Shown here: positions 10,842 to 25,380 of the stretch, in pieces
Numbering within the stretch: position 1 is the first letter of the stretch
Layout of the letters: the number at the start of each line of letters is the position of its first letter
Assembly: GCA_964057225.1 (NCBI GenBank)
Contig: OZ059894.1
Coordinates: 15,748,001-15,812,000 of the forward strand
DNA length: 64,000 nucleotides
Direction: 5' to 3'
Source of the DNA: Auanema rhodensis
Lineage: Eukaryota > Animalia > Nematoda
Program-made: the position numbers and the translations under genes
Notes under the pieces: generated by a model
Databases searched by the model: none
What the model was told of the DNA's origin: nothing
What the model saw: only the letters and a program-made list of their open reading frames with translations

Positions 10842-10908
10842 CGTGGCGCAGTGGAAGCGTGCTGGGCCCATAACCCAGAGGTCGGTGGATCGAAACCACT
10901 CGCTGCTA
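10842..10908 (+). pseudogene. 3' part (nt 6-72) of the tRNA-iMet gene split by the insertion
   Basis: Matches the consensus from nt 6. A and B boxes are retained, but the 5' acceptor strand is replaced by insert sequence. Confidence 0.9.
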
Positions 10909-10935
10909 GTGTTTTACCGATTCTTTTGTTTGTGA

Positions 10936-13900
10936 TCTACAACGAGGTGTATGATGAATTCTGAATCGGTAGAACCAAAAAATCAAAAAATTGATAAATT
11001 AGATTTCTGGAATCAGTAAAACACTAGCAGCGAGTGGTTTCGATCCACCGACCTCTGGGTTATGGGCCCAGCACGCTTCCACTGCGCCACGCTGCTTCGA
11101 ATGTGGATTACTACGAGGTGTATGATAAATTCTGATTCAGTAGAACCAAAAAATCAAAGAAAATTGATTCAAATACTTTTCTTTAATCGATGAAACACTA
11201 TCCACCGACCTCTTTGTTATGGGCCCAGCACACTTCCACTGCGTCACCCTGCTTCGAATGTGGTCTACTACGAGGTGTATGAAAAATTCTGATTCAGTAG
11301 AACCAAAAAATCAAAAAATTGATGAATTAGATTTCTGGAATCGGTGAAACACTAGCAGCGAGTGGTTTCGATCCACCGACCTCTGGGTTATGGGCTCAGC
11401 ACACTTCCACTGCGTCACCCTGCTTCAAATGTGGTCTACAACGAGGTGTATGATGAATTCTGAATCGGTACAACCAAAAAATCAAAAAATTGATAAATTA
11501 GATTTCTGGAATCGGTAAAACACTAGCAGCGAGTGGTTTCGATCCACCGACCTCTGGGTTATGGGCCCAGCACGCTTCCACTGCGCCACGCTGCTTCGAA
11601 TATGGTCTACAACGAGGTGTATAATAAATTCTGATTCAGTAGAACCAAAAAATCAAAGAAAATTGATTCAAATAGTTTTCTTTAATCGATGAAACACTAT
11701 CCACCGACCTCTTTGTTATGGGCCCAGCACACTTCCACTGCGTCACCCTGCTTCGAATGTGGTCTACTACGAGGTGTATGAAAAATTCTGATTCAGTAGA
11801 ACCAAAAAATCAAAAAATTAATAAATTAGATTTCTGGAATCGGTAAAACACTAGCAGCGAGTGGTTTCGATCCACCGATCTCTGGGTTATGGGCTCAGCA
11901 CACTTCCACTGCGTCACCCTGCTTCGAATGTGGTCTACTACGAGGTGTATGAAAAATTCTGATTCAGTAGAACCAAAAAATCAAAAAATTGATAAATTAG
12001 ATTTCTGGAATCGGTAAAACACTAGCAGCGAGTGGTTTCGATCCACCGACCTCTGGGTTATGGGCTCAGCACACTTCCACTGCGTCACCCTGCTTCGAAT
12101 GTGGTCTACAACGAGGTGTATGATGAATTCTGAATCGGTAGAACCAAAAAATCAACAAATTGATTAATTAGATTTCTGGAATCGGTAAAACACTAGCAGC
12201 GAGTGGTTTCGATCCACCGACCTCTGGGTTATGGGCTCAGCACACTTACACTGCGTCACCCTGCTTCGAATGTGGTCTACAACGAGGTGTATGATGAATT
12301 CTGAATCGGTAGAACCAAAAAATCAAAAAATTGATAAATTAGATTTCTGGAATCGGTAAAACACTAGCAGCGAGTGGTTTCGATCCACCGACCTCTGGGT
12401 TATGGGCCCAGCACGCTTCCACTGCGCCACGCTGCTTCGAATATGGTCTACAACGAGGTGTATAATAAATTCTGATTCAGTAGAACCAAAAAATCAAAGA
12501 AAATTGATTCAAATAGTTTTCTTTAATCGATGAAACACTATCCACCGACCTCTTTGTTATGGGCCCAGCACACTTCCACTGCGTCACCCTGCTTCGAATG
12601 TGGTCTACTACGAGGTGTATGAAAAATTCTGATTCAGTAGAACCAAAAAATCAAAAAATTGATAAATTAGATTTCTGGAATCGGTAAAACAATAGAAGCG
12701 AGTGGTTTCGATCCACCGACCTCTGGGTTATGGGCTCAGCACACTTCCACTGCGTCACCCTGCTTCGAATGTGGTCTACAACGAGGTGTATGATGAATTC
12801 TGAATCGGTAGAACCAAAAAATCAAAAAATTGATAAATTAGATTTCTGGAATCGGTAAAACACTAGCAGCGAGTGGTTTCGATCCACCGACCTCTTTGTT
12901 ATGGGCCCAGCACACTTCCACTGCGTCACCTGCTTCGAATGTGGTCTACTACGAGGTGTATGAAAAATTCTGATTCAGTAGAACCAAAAAATCAAAAAAT
13001 TGATAAATTAGATTTCTGGAATCGGTAAAACAATAGAAGCGAGTGGTTTCGATCCACCGACCTCTGGGTTATGGGCTCAGCACACTTCCACTGCGTCACC
13101 CTGCTTCGAATGTGGTCTACAACGAGGTGTATGATGAATTCTGAATCGGTAGAACCAAAAAATCAAAAAATTGATAAATTAGATTTCTGGAATCGGTAAA
13201 ACACTAGCAGCGAGTGGTTTCGATCCACCGACCTCTGGGTTATGGGCCCAGCACGCTTCCACTGCGCCACGCTGCTTCGAATGTGGTCTACAACGAGGTG
13301 TATGATGAATTCTGAATCGGTAGAACCAAAAAATCAAAAAATTGATAAATTAGATTTCTGGAATCGGTAAAACACTAGCAGCGAGTGGTTTCGATCCACC
13401 GACCTCTGGGTTATGGGCCCAGCACGCTTCCACTGCGCCACGCTGCTTCGAATGTGGCCTACAACGAGGTGTATGATGAATTCTGAATCGGTAGAACCAA
13501 AAAATCAACAAATTGATTAATTAGATTTCTGGAATCGGTAAAACACTAGCAGCGAGTGGTTTCGATCCACCGATCTCTGGGTTATGGGCCCAGCACGCTT
13601 CCACTGCGCCACGCTGCTTCGAATGTGGTCTACTACGAGGTGTATGAAAAATTCTGATTCAGTAGAACCAAAAAATCAAAAAATTGATAAATTAGATTTC
13701 TGGAATCGGTAAAACACTAGCAGCGAGTGGTTTCGATCCACCGATCTCTGGGTTATGGGCTCAGCACACTTCCACTGCGTCACCCTGCTTCGAATGTGGT
13801 CTACAACGAGGTGTATGATGAATTCTGAATCGGTAGAACCAAAAAATCAAAAAATTGATAAATTAGATTTCTGGAATCGGTAAAACACTAGCAGCGAGTG

Positions 13901-16727
13901 GTTTCGATCCACCGACCTCTGGGTTATGGGCCCAGCACGCTTCCACTGCGCCACGCTGCTTCGAATGTGGTCTACAACGAGGTGTATGATGAATTCTGAA
14001 TCGGTAGAACCAAAAAATCAAAAAATTGATAAATTAGATTTCTGGAATCGGTAAAACACTAGCAGCGAGTGGTTTCGATCCACCGACCTCTGGGTTATGG
14101 GCCCAGCACGCTTCCACTGCGCCACGCTGCTTCGAATGTGGTCTACAACGAGGTGTATGATGAATTCTGAATCGGTAGAACCAAAAAATCAACAAATTGA
14201 TTAATTAGATTTCTGGAATCGGTAAAACACTAGCAGCGAGTGGTTTCGATCCACCGATCTCTGGGTTATGGGCCCAGCACGCTTCCACTGCGCCACGCTG
14301 CTTCGAATGTGGTCTACTACGAGGTGTATGAAAAATTCTGATTCAGTAGAACCAAAAAATCAAAAAATTGATAAATTAGATTTCTGGAATCGGTAAAACA
14401 CTAGCAGCGAGTGGTTTCGATCCACCGACCTCTGGGTTATGGGCCCAGCACGCTTCCACTGCGCCACGCTGCTTCGAATGTGGTCTACAACGAGGTGTAT
14501 GATGAATTCTAAATCGGTAGAACCAAAAAATTAAAAAATTGATAAATTAGATTTCAGGAATCGGTAAAACACTAGCAGCGAGTGGTTTCGATCCACCGAC
14601 CTCTGGGTTATGGGCCCAGCACGCTTCCACTGCGCCACGCTGCTTCGAATGTGGTCTACTACGAGGTGTATGATAAATTCTGATCCAGTAGAACCAAAAA
14701 ATCAAAAAAAATTGATTTAAATAGTTTTCTTTAATCGATAAAACACTATCCACCGACCTCTTTGTTATGGGCCCAGCACGCTTCCACTGCGCCACGCTGC
14801 TTCGAATGTGGTCTACAACGAGGTGTATGATGAATTCTGAATCGGTAGAACCAAAAAATCAAAAAATTGATAAATTAGATTTCTGGAATCGGTAAAACAC
14901 TAGCAGCGAGTGGTTTCGATCCACCGACCTCTGGGTTATGGGCCCAGCACGCTTCCACTGCGCCACGCTGCTTCGAATGTGGTCTACTACGAGGTGTATG
15001 AAAAATTCTGATTCAGTAGAACCAAAAAATCAAAAAAAATTGATTTAAATAGTTTTCTTTAATCGATAAAACACTATCCACCGACCTCTTTGTTATGGGC
15101 CCAGCACGCTTCCACTGCGCCACGCTGCTTCGAATGTGGTCTACTACGAGGTGTATGATAAATTCTGATCCAGTAGAACCAAAAAATCAAAAAATTGATT
15201 TAAATAGTTTTCTTTAATCGATAAAACACTATCCACCAATATCTTTGTTATGGGCCCAGCACACTTCCACTGCGTCACCCTGCTTCGAATGTGGTCTACA
15301 ACAAGGTATATGATGAATTCTGAATCGGTAGAACCAAAAAATCAAAAAATTGATAAATTAGATTTCTGGAATCGGTAAAACACTAGCAGCGAGTGGTTTC
15401 GATCCACCGACCTCTGGGTTATGGGCCCAGCACGCTTCCACTGCGCCACGCTGCTTCGAATGTGGTCTACTACGAGGTGTATGATAAATTCTGATCCAGT
15501 AGAACCAAAAAATCAAAAAAAATTGATTTAAATAGTTTTCTTTAATCGATAAAACACTATCCACCGACCTCTTTGTTATGGGCCCAGCACGCTTCCACTG
15601 CGCCACGCTGCTTCGAATGTGGTCTACAACGAGGTGTATGATGAATTCTGAATCGGTAGAACCAAAAAATCAAAAAATTGATAAATTAGATTTCTGGAAT
15701 CGGTAAAACACTAGCAGCGAGTGGTTTCGATCCACCGACCTCTGGGTTATGGGCCCAGCACGCTTCCACTGCGCCACGCTGCTTCGAATGTGGTCTACTA
15801 CGAGGTGTATGAAAAATTCTGATTCAGTAGAACCAAAAAATCAAAAAAAATTGATTTAAATAGTTTTCTTTAATCGATAAAACACTATCCACCGACCTCT
15901 TTGTTATGGGCCCAGCACGCTTCCACTGCGCCACGCTGCTTCGAATGTGGTCTACTACGAGGTGTATGATAAATTCTGATCTAGTAGAACCAAAAAATCA
16001 AAAAATTGATTTAAATAGTTTTCTTTAATCGATAAAACACTATCCACCAATATCTTTGTTATGGGCCCAGCACACTTCCACTGCGTCACCCTGCTTCGAA
16101 TGTGGTCTACAACAAGGTATATGATGAATTCTGAATCGGTAGAACCAAAAAATCAAAAAATTGATAAATTAGATTTCTGGAATCGGTAAAACACTAGCAG
16201 CGAGTGGTTTCGATCCACCGACCTCTGGGTTATGGGCCCAGCACGCTTCCACTGCGCCACGCTGCTTCGAATGTGGTCTACTACGAGGTGTATGATAAAT
16301 TCTGATCCAGTAGAACCAAAAAATCAAAAAATTGATTTAAATAGTTTTCTTTAATCGATAAAACACTATCCACCAATATCTTTGTTATGGGCCCAGCACA
16401 CTTCCACTGCGTCACCCTGCTTCGAATGTGGTCTACAACGAGGTGTATGATGAATTCTGAATCGGTAGAACCAAAAGTAAAAAATTGATAAATTAGATTT
16501 CAGGAATCGGTAAAACAATAGCAGCGAGTTGTTTCGATCCACCGACCTCTGGGTTATGGGCCCAGCACGCTTCCACTGCGCCACGCTGCTTCGAATGTGG
16601 TCTACTACGAGGTGTATGAAAAATTCTGATTCAGTAGAACCAAAAAATCAAAAAAAATTGATTTAAATAGTTTTCTTTAATCGATAAAACAGATTAAAAC
16701 ACTATCCACCGACATCTGGGTTGTGGG
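10936..16727 (-). tRNA. Inverted, heterogeneous tRNA-iMet array of ~34 units (about 16 near-intact, 8 multiply mutated, 10 T-arm-deleted) plus a terminal fragment
   Basis: Reverse-complement tRNA copies, the first at 11025-11096. Variants include AGCAGGGTGACGCAGTGGAAGTGTGCTGAG and CATAACAAAGAGGTCGGTGGATAGTG. Counts were made by eye. Confidence 0.93.
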
Positions 16728-16778
16728 TTATAGACAAAGATATATGTAATAATAAATAACTTTTTTTTATTATATCAT

Positions 16779-17989
16779 TCAACAAACATTAGATGTATAA
16801 GTTATTGTCTGAATTTCATTTGTTAATGACGTTTTTGCTAATATACTCAGTATACATTGTTTATATTCTTGAACTACGGACATTGTTAAAATAGCGTTGG
16901 TGATGGGGAGAATTCCAAGTGTTATTGTCATATATATTTGTATGAATCGAGGCAGCGACACTCTTAGAACCAAAATAAAGATTTGGAAAGAAATAATTGG
17001 TGTTAGGTATAAAATAGATGGAATAGTGCTCTGAAAATGAAAACAATTAGACTTAATGCATTTGCTTTTCATGATACTTGAATGATGAGTAGTTTAAATA
17101 TATGAGTTTGATATTTTCTCATCGAACTGCTAATTTGAGCATTTCCTTTTAATTTTTTCAAAGTTAGAATTGAGCAACTAATAATTGTTGTAATAGTTCC
17201 GGCACAAATGAAGCAAATACATAGAAGCATAGGCAATCGTCTTCGTTCGGAATTCATCACCTGAAAATATTGCATTGGTTTCGATACTTCTGTCTAATTG
17301 GAGTTTTGTTAATATAGTGTAATCACTTACATCTGCTGATATCCCAATGTAGTAATGATATCGAATATCTACACCAGTATGTTCAACTGTGTAGGTTGCT
17401 ATTCCTTTTTCGTATAGTTCATGTGGACCTGCTCCCAACTGAAGAGCTGATCCCCATAGAAACAAAATAAAGAGATCGACTAAGATGATTTTCACGAAAA
17501 ATGTTTTTTTTGGAGATATTTCAGTATCAAATGACCTGAATGTTTTATGAATTCCTAAACATTGTCTAAATTATCACCTATTTATTACGTAGGAGCGATA
17601 GACAAAACAGTTGCTCAATATGATCATCATAGCAACGATGGACATATTTTCATTATAAGAGATAATGGTGCCAATAGTATAATTAACATATCTAGTTATT
17701 CCAATACCAATAATTATGAAAAAACTATTATCTGATAGAAAAACCTATAAATGTAAATTAAAATACAGAAAATAAAAACAAAAAGAAGTCTAATAATAAA
17801 TAATCTCACTGGTGTTGATATGGCGAAAAAAAAACTATGATGTATATCAATCATAGCATAAGCATATAAAAAGTATTTATATCCACCTAGTTTGCTTGTT
17901 GAACTTTTCTGTATAACATAAATAAAAAAAGAGTTGATCATTATTGATATTGTGCCAGATATGAGGCAATAATAGATAAAAAAGTACAT
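16779..17989 (-). CDS. Serpentine chemoreceptor, Str/Srd-type 7TM GPCR (multi-exon)
   Basis: N-terminal INSFFIYVIQKSSTSKLGGYKYFLYAYAMIDI, C-terminal Q-STIPSILYLTP...LPITNAILTMSVVQEYK, and several hydrophobic helices. Confidence 0.8.
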
Positions 17990-18795
17990 TTCCTTCAAAT
18001 TTGTTGTTAAATCTCCTAAAAGAAGTTTGAAAAGGATTGTATTTATAAAAATGTAAAAAGTGAAAAAAATTATTATTATTTAAAATCAGTCCGCAAATAT
18101 TTGATATTCAAAAGTGTTTTTAAAAGTAAAATAAAGTTAACAAGACATAATAATTAGAAATAATTCTCAAAAGACTATCTATAATATTTTATCATTCAGC
18201 AAGATTCAGATTTAATTAGTTAAAATTGAACAGTATATTTATAAAGCTGCATCAACTATATGTTTTCAAGTCTTCTTATAATAGATGTATATTAGTGCTT
18301 GTGTTATTGATGCTTGTGCTATAAGTATATTACTTCTTCCCACACACGGTTATGGGTATATGAAAATATTTATCAACTTTAAAATATCTCATATTTTCTC
18401 TAATGTATTTTATCACAGAATCGTGAAACAAACGAAAAATACTAATGTTATATCACTTAAACAAATCTTGACATATCTTTGATCTGGAGGCTATGCTTTA
18501 AAAAAATTGTATATATGTCACATAATATATAAAATTTAATTGTATACTATATATCTTATATCTTTCGCGGTTTTTGTAGTTTAGTTATATTGTTTGACCT
18601 TTGACATGATATGTATTCAACGAATGGTGTGATATAAGTTTAGTTATTCATTGGCTTATCTTACGTCCCTCTATCATTCAAGTATATAATTACAATTATT
18701 TTATTTATATTTCTCGTCTTTTTTGATAAATATTTCAATTAATTATGTACGTATTCAATTGTTTTCAATAATAGTTGCTTTGCTTATCAGGTCAA

Positions 18796-20491
<1,696 letters not shown>

Positions 20492-21043
20492 GTTCAAACC
20501 TGACTAAGACAAAAAAAAACGTTTTAACCAACTATGTAACATGCAATTATTATTCTACTTACTACATTCCATTCATTTCCTGTATATACTTTTTATATTT
20601 CAATTTTCACCTCTTGCTATTTCTGAAATAATGTTGTATCTTTGAGTCATTTTATATAGTTTTCATTTTTTACAGTCTATGTAATTAGGCTGCACTGTGA
20701 GCAAGCTTTTAATGCGAATATGCTACACTGTTTTCGATAAGTTGTCCCCATTTTCTTGCCGATCATTTCTTTAAATTTTTATATCATTTGTTTTTATATT
20801 TCCTTTTTTGTACTTTGTTACATACTCATATGTTCTTATATGTTAATTAATAAAGTTTCATTCATCCCAAATTTTTATTTTCCCTCTTGCAGTACCTGTG
20901 TGCGGTTGTCGCGTTGTTCTCTTCATTATGCTTATTACATACTTGATCGATTTTTGAAACTTTCCCCCCTGAGTGTCATAGAAAAATTGACTATTTGAGG
21001 TCGACAAGTGGATTTCTTGAGTTTTCTTTAAGAAATTTTTAGA

Positions 21044-22170
21044 ATGACGTTATTTAGTCATGCTTACCCTATTGATCTCGCTGCTATGTATTCAATCTAC
21101 ATGTTGTTATTTGCAGTTTTGGGTAAGTAATAATAATTCATTTCAAATCACATTTTCATACATTGAAACCGTACTCACTGATTTAGAATCCCGTGGGTGA
21201 AGTATATCCAGCTGTTCCACAAATGTTCAATCAAATGCAACCGTCTCCTATGTTCTATCCTAGTCCAATGGCTTATCCTCCTCAAATGCAAGCACCTATA
21301 TTTCGACAACAAAATATACTTCCTCCACCCACTGTTCCGGAACAAACAACATTCACATTACCGAACAATGTAAAATTACAATATATATTTAGAATATTAA
21401 ATTCTCTTGAAGATACAGCAAGTACTGCCTACTACAACTCCAAACACGTTTTTGTCCATTTTCGATGCTCTTGCAACCATTTTGCAAAGAGAACTTCAAA
21501 AATCTCAAATGGAACGGCTAAACAATATGCTTCCATCCGAGCATAAACAGGATTGGAAACAGTGACAGAAAATCCGTTTAATGTTCTCATAATTCAAGGT
21601 TTCAGATCGTCATTAAATTCAGGCAATGATATAGCATACGCTGATGATCTGGACAACATGGAATTTCCCAATCAATACAATTATAACACCGGACTGGCAA
21701 ATCTCATGAATTCGATGCCGGGTGAGGATAAATTAGTAGTTTTTATTGCTATCTTATTTAGCGCCTGATATAATAGCTTTCATGAATCAGCAACATGCTA
21801 GAAAACAACAAAGACAAGCTAGTCTGACTCGTAAGAGTTTTAAAATTGAGAAGGTAGAGAAAGTATATATCAACACTTATCATAATTTTTGAAATGCAGG
21901 AAAATATACCGAGCATACCACCTTCAACGATGATAAAGAAAAATGTAGAAGAAATAATTGATGATGATAGCTTGATCGGATTATTGCGCAGTGGTAGATG
22001 GAAGGAGATTGATTGGAAGAGGAAAATTCTGGGTTTAGGTGGAAGTGTATTAATGTATTTAATTATTATATTTATTTATAGACGAAATTCCAACTGCAGA
22101 AGAAGGAAATGCGTTAGCTCAAATGTTCAGCGAAATAGGAAATATGAAAACAACTACACCCACATTGTAG
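21044..22170 (+). CDS. Uncharacterised Pro/Gln/Met-rich protein with hydrophobic N-terminus, possibly secreted (multi-exon)
   Basis: ATG at 21044, consecutive open exons with canonical splice sites, last exon DEIPTAEEGNALAQMFSEIGNMKTTTPTL*. Confidence 0.6.
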
Positions 22171-22276
22171 AACTAAAAATTTAAAAAAAACTTCAAAGCA
22201 ATTTAGTAATAACTCGACACATGATCTAGAGATCATTTCAAAAAAAACATGCATATAACTATAAATTTTAATATAT

Positions 22277-23028
22277 CTATTTGTTCTGATGCTTCTTGCT
22301 GTATTCAGCGTAATCTATCATACCATCACCATTGATATCAAGATCTTTGAGTACAGCATCAACCATAGTAATAATATTTTCCTCGTCATCAACTCTTACA
22401 CCAGGTCCTATAATGAAGATATAAAGTGCACAAAGCGAGAGAAATCATACTATATTTAAATTTATAATTATCAATACAATCTATTAGCAGTTTGCAAGTA
22501 TGAATTACGTGGATATTTAATTTTGTAAAGATTACAACAACGGTTGTGTTTGATAGAGAATATTAAGTAGGAAAGATGATATTTACAAAACAAAATTTTA
22601 AATATGTGTTATATAGTTACCTGATTCATTTTCGTGATCGTGAGTTAAAGCTTTTATTATTTCAATTCCATCGATAAAATGATCTTTATTCAAATCGTGC
22701 ATGGAAAAATAGTGGAATCTAAAACATATTTGAATACAAATACCACACAATAATAATATTTACCGTTGCTGTTCTTCTGATAACTTCTCTACTTCAATCT
22801 TATTCTCCAAATGTTGCTTAATATGACTGAAATCACAATTAACCAATTATAAATAGAGCCAGATAACTTACGCCTCATCATGGACTTCTTGTGTTCCAGC
22901 AAATTGACCTCTATTACTTTGCACGCCTATATAATTATAAATAAGTTTTTATAATTGTCGAGTAGTAAGAAAACTATTTTTTACTAACCTGAAACTAAGA
23001 GGGCCAAGAGGAAAAGGTGAAAAGCCAT
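22277..23028 (-). CDS. MCFD2-like EF-hand protein, paralog 2
   Basis: Signal peptide MAFHLFLLALLVS; HIKQHLENK; FHYFSMHDLNKDHFIDGIE; VLKDLDINGDGMIDYAEY. Confidence 0.88.
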
Positions 23029-23746
23029 TGCACAATTGATAAGGAAGCTAATGAAGAGCAAACTGAAATCAATGGCCACGCCAAATGTACAAATAAATTG
23101 AAGCACACGTCACAAAGAGGTGCAATTTTCAACGGACTATTATGTTCTTGTTGGTTGTATTGGAATTTAATGAGATTTTCTGTTTGGTTTTTGTTGTCAT
23201 TCAATGGGATACATTCAAAAAAATTCAAAGTTTGAATATGACGTAATATTGAATAGTTAGCTATGATGTTAGCTTAAATTTTTCCATGAAAACAGCAGAG
23301 TACAGAAACATGACAGAAAGAAGTTCATTAAATTAAACAAAAAAAGTATCACAATCAAAGAATCGTCAATGCAACAGAAAATTATGCTATGAACTATCAC
23401 AATTATCCATAAGTAATCATCAGAAGATGCTATTATGAGCCAGAATGCTAAGTATACGAAAATCGTATGAAACGGAAACAAATCGTAAAAGTAAGTACGT
23501 AGTCTACACCGTTTAAAAATTACAATCGGTGTCTACATGAAACCTAAAAACTAGTAGAGAATGACACCCTAAGCAGGTAATGTAGTTGTAGACTCGCTAC
23601 GATAATAAATAGAAAACGGATGACAGTACAGAGTGAAACAGACAACCAACCCCAAAAAATGCATGAAATGCACAGACTATAACAATGGGATAGAGAAGAT
23701 ACTATCGAACGGCAAACGTAGAAATTCCCTAAGAACAAAAACGTTC

Positions 23747-24451
23747 TTATTTCTGGTTGGCCATTTGTTGTTGATGCCTAGCAGCCTGCTCTTCTCTCAT
23801 CTTCTGAGCTTTCAAGAATTCTCCATAATCTATGAAACCATCTCCATCAAAATCGTCATCTCTATATTCAAAACATTATTAAAATTATGAGAAAAAGAAA
23901 GTCACTTCAAAATAGAATCAATCATGGACTCGAGCTCAATTTCACTAGGAAGTGGTGGAGGTTGGTTATTTCCTTGGTGTTGTGGTCCGGGGTTTTCTAA
24001 AATGATAAGCATTAAGCAAAAAATCACTCGCACAAACCAGAATGAAAATGAGTAATAGCCTTAATCAATTCAATTCCGTCTAATCGTCCATTTCTGTCAA
24101 GATCATGCATATTAAAGTAATGAAACTGGAGTTGTTCTGGAGTCATATTGGCAGTAGGATCTACTTTTCCGTCAAGATGCTCTTTGATATGGCTGAAAAA
24201 TATGTAAGCAAATATATTGAATTGTTAAAGCATACTGTTCATCCTTGGCTTGTTCACCACCAAATTGAGTTGCTGGAGGTACTTGTTGAGCTTGTGCAGG
24301 TTGTTGTTGATGATGAACCTGAAGCAACTATAATTTAAAATAATTGTTAAATAAAAGCTACCTGTTGTTGGTTTTGCTGAGTTCCTGTAAATGAAGGCTG
24401 TTGATGAGCGCTAGATAAGTATAACAAGGAGCAAAGGATTACCACCAGCAT
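23747..24451 (-). CDS. MCFD2: MCFD2 homolog (ER-Golgi cargo receptor, two EF-hands), paralog 1
   Basis: Signal peptide [15 protein letters not shown]; HIKEHLDGK; [26 protein letters not shown]; [15 protein letters not shown]. Confidence 0.9.
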
Positions 24452-25380
24452 CTAGAAGAAAATGCGATTGAATGAAATATAGTGACCACTGCTATGGTCT
24501 GAATCAATAAGGGCTGTTTTATTTGCAGAAGAGGTGAGAACAATATATACTGAAGTAAACATTTTATTTAGTATATTTTTTACGTTCAAATAAATGTCTA
24601 TCGTGAAAATAAATTATTTTTGATTTTTTTTAATAGATTTTACGAAATCGATAAAAATAATTTTAAAAATAACCAAAACCAAAAAAAATTCGGTATGGTT
24701 AAAAGTCAGAGATTCGCCCACAATATGGGTAGGATGTTCTGTTAGTGTTATTAACAAAAAAGCTGAGAAAGTAAAATGAATAGATAAAACTGAAAAACAA
24801 CTTATTTCAATGTGTGACGTCATCATAATAAGTACGGTATGAAGTGGACAACGTGGTCCAATGCAGTGAAATTTTTAAAATTGATGTAATAATCAAAATC
24901 ATTAGTGGTTAATCATAAACTTAAATTCAACAGATCTTAATTACCATAAGATACACGATTTTTAGAACTTCCAGATTATAGCTTTACTGTCTATTCTATA
25001 AGCAAAGTTGACGCTTGCTACTACTCGTTTGGGTCGTGTGGCGTGTTTTGTGTTAATACGCCTTGCTGACGCACCATTGTTTTCTCTACTGATTATGCTG
25101 TGCATGCAATTTAGACAACTGATCATCTGAACATGCTACAATCTTTAGTAAATTAAGAAAACTAAAAAGATATAACTGTTTTGTAATTACATTCCTGAAT
25201 AATCCCACTTTCTATATGCGTGTTTTTAATATTTCCTATCCTATGCCAACTGTACCGACAACATAATTTGTTCATTTTGTTTTCTCTTACACAAGAAAAA
25301 TTATTTCCTTTTCTTTTAATGTTTCAAAATTATTATACAAACTAAACAAGATTCATGAAATAGTTTTAGTTTCATGTCGA

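Noticed and set aside
71-16727. CRISPR-like repeat-spacer array
   Set aside because: The spacers are identical rather than unique, the repeat is a tRNA gene, the context is eukaryotic and there are no cas genes.
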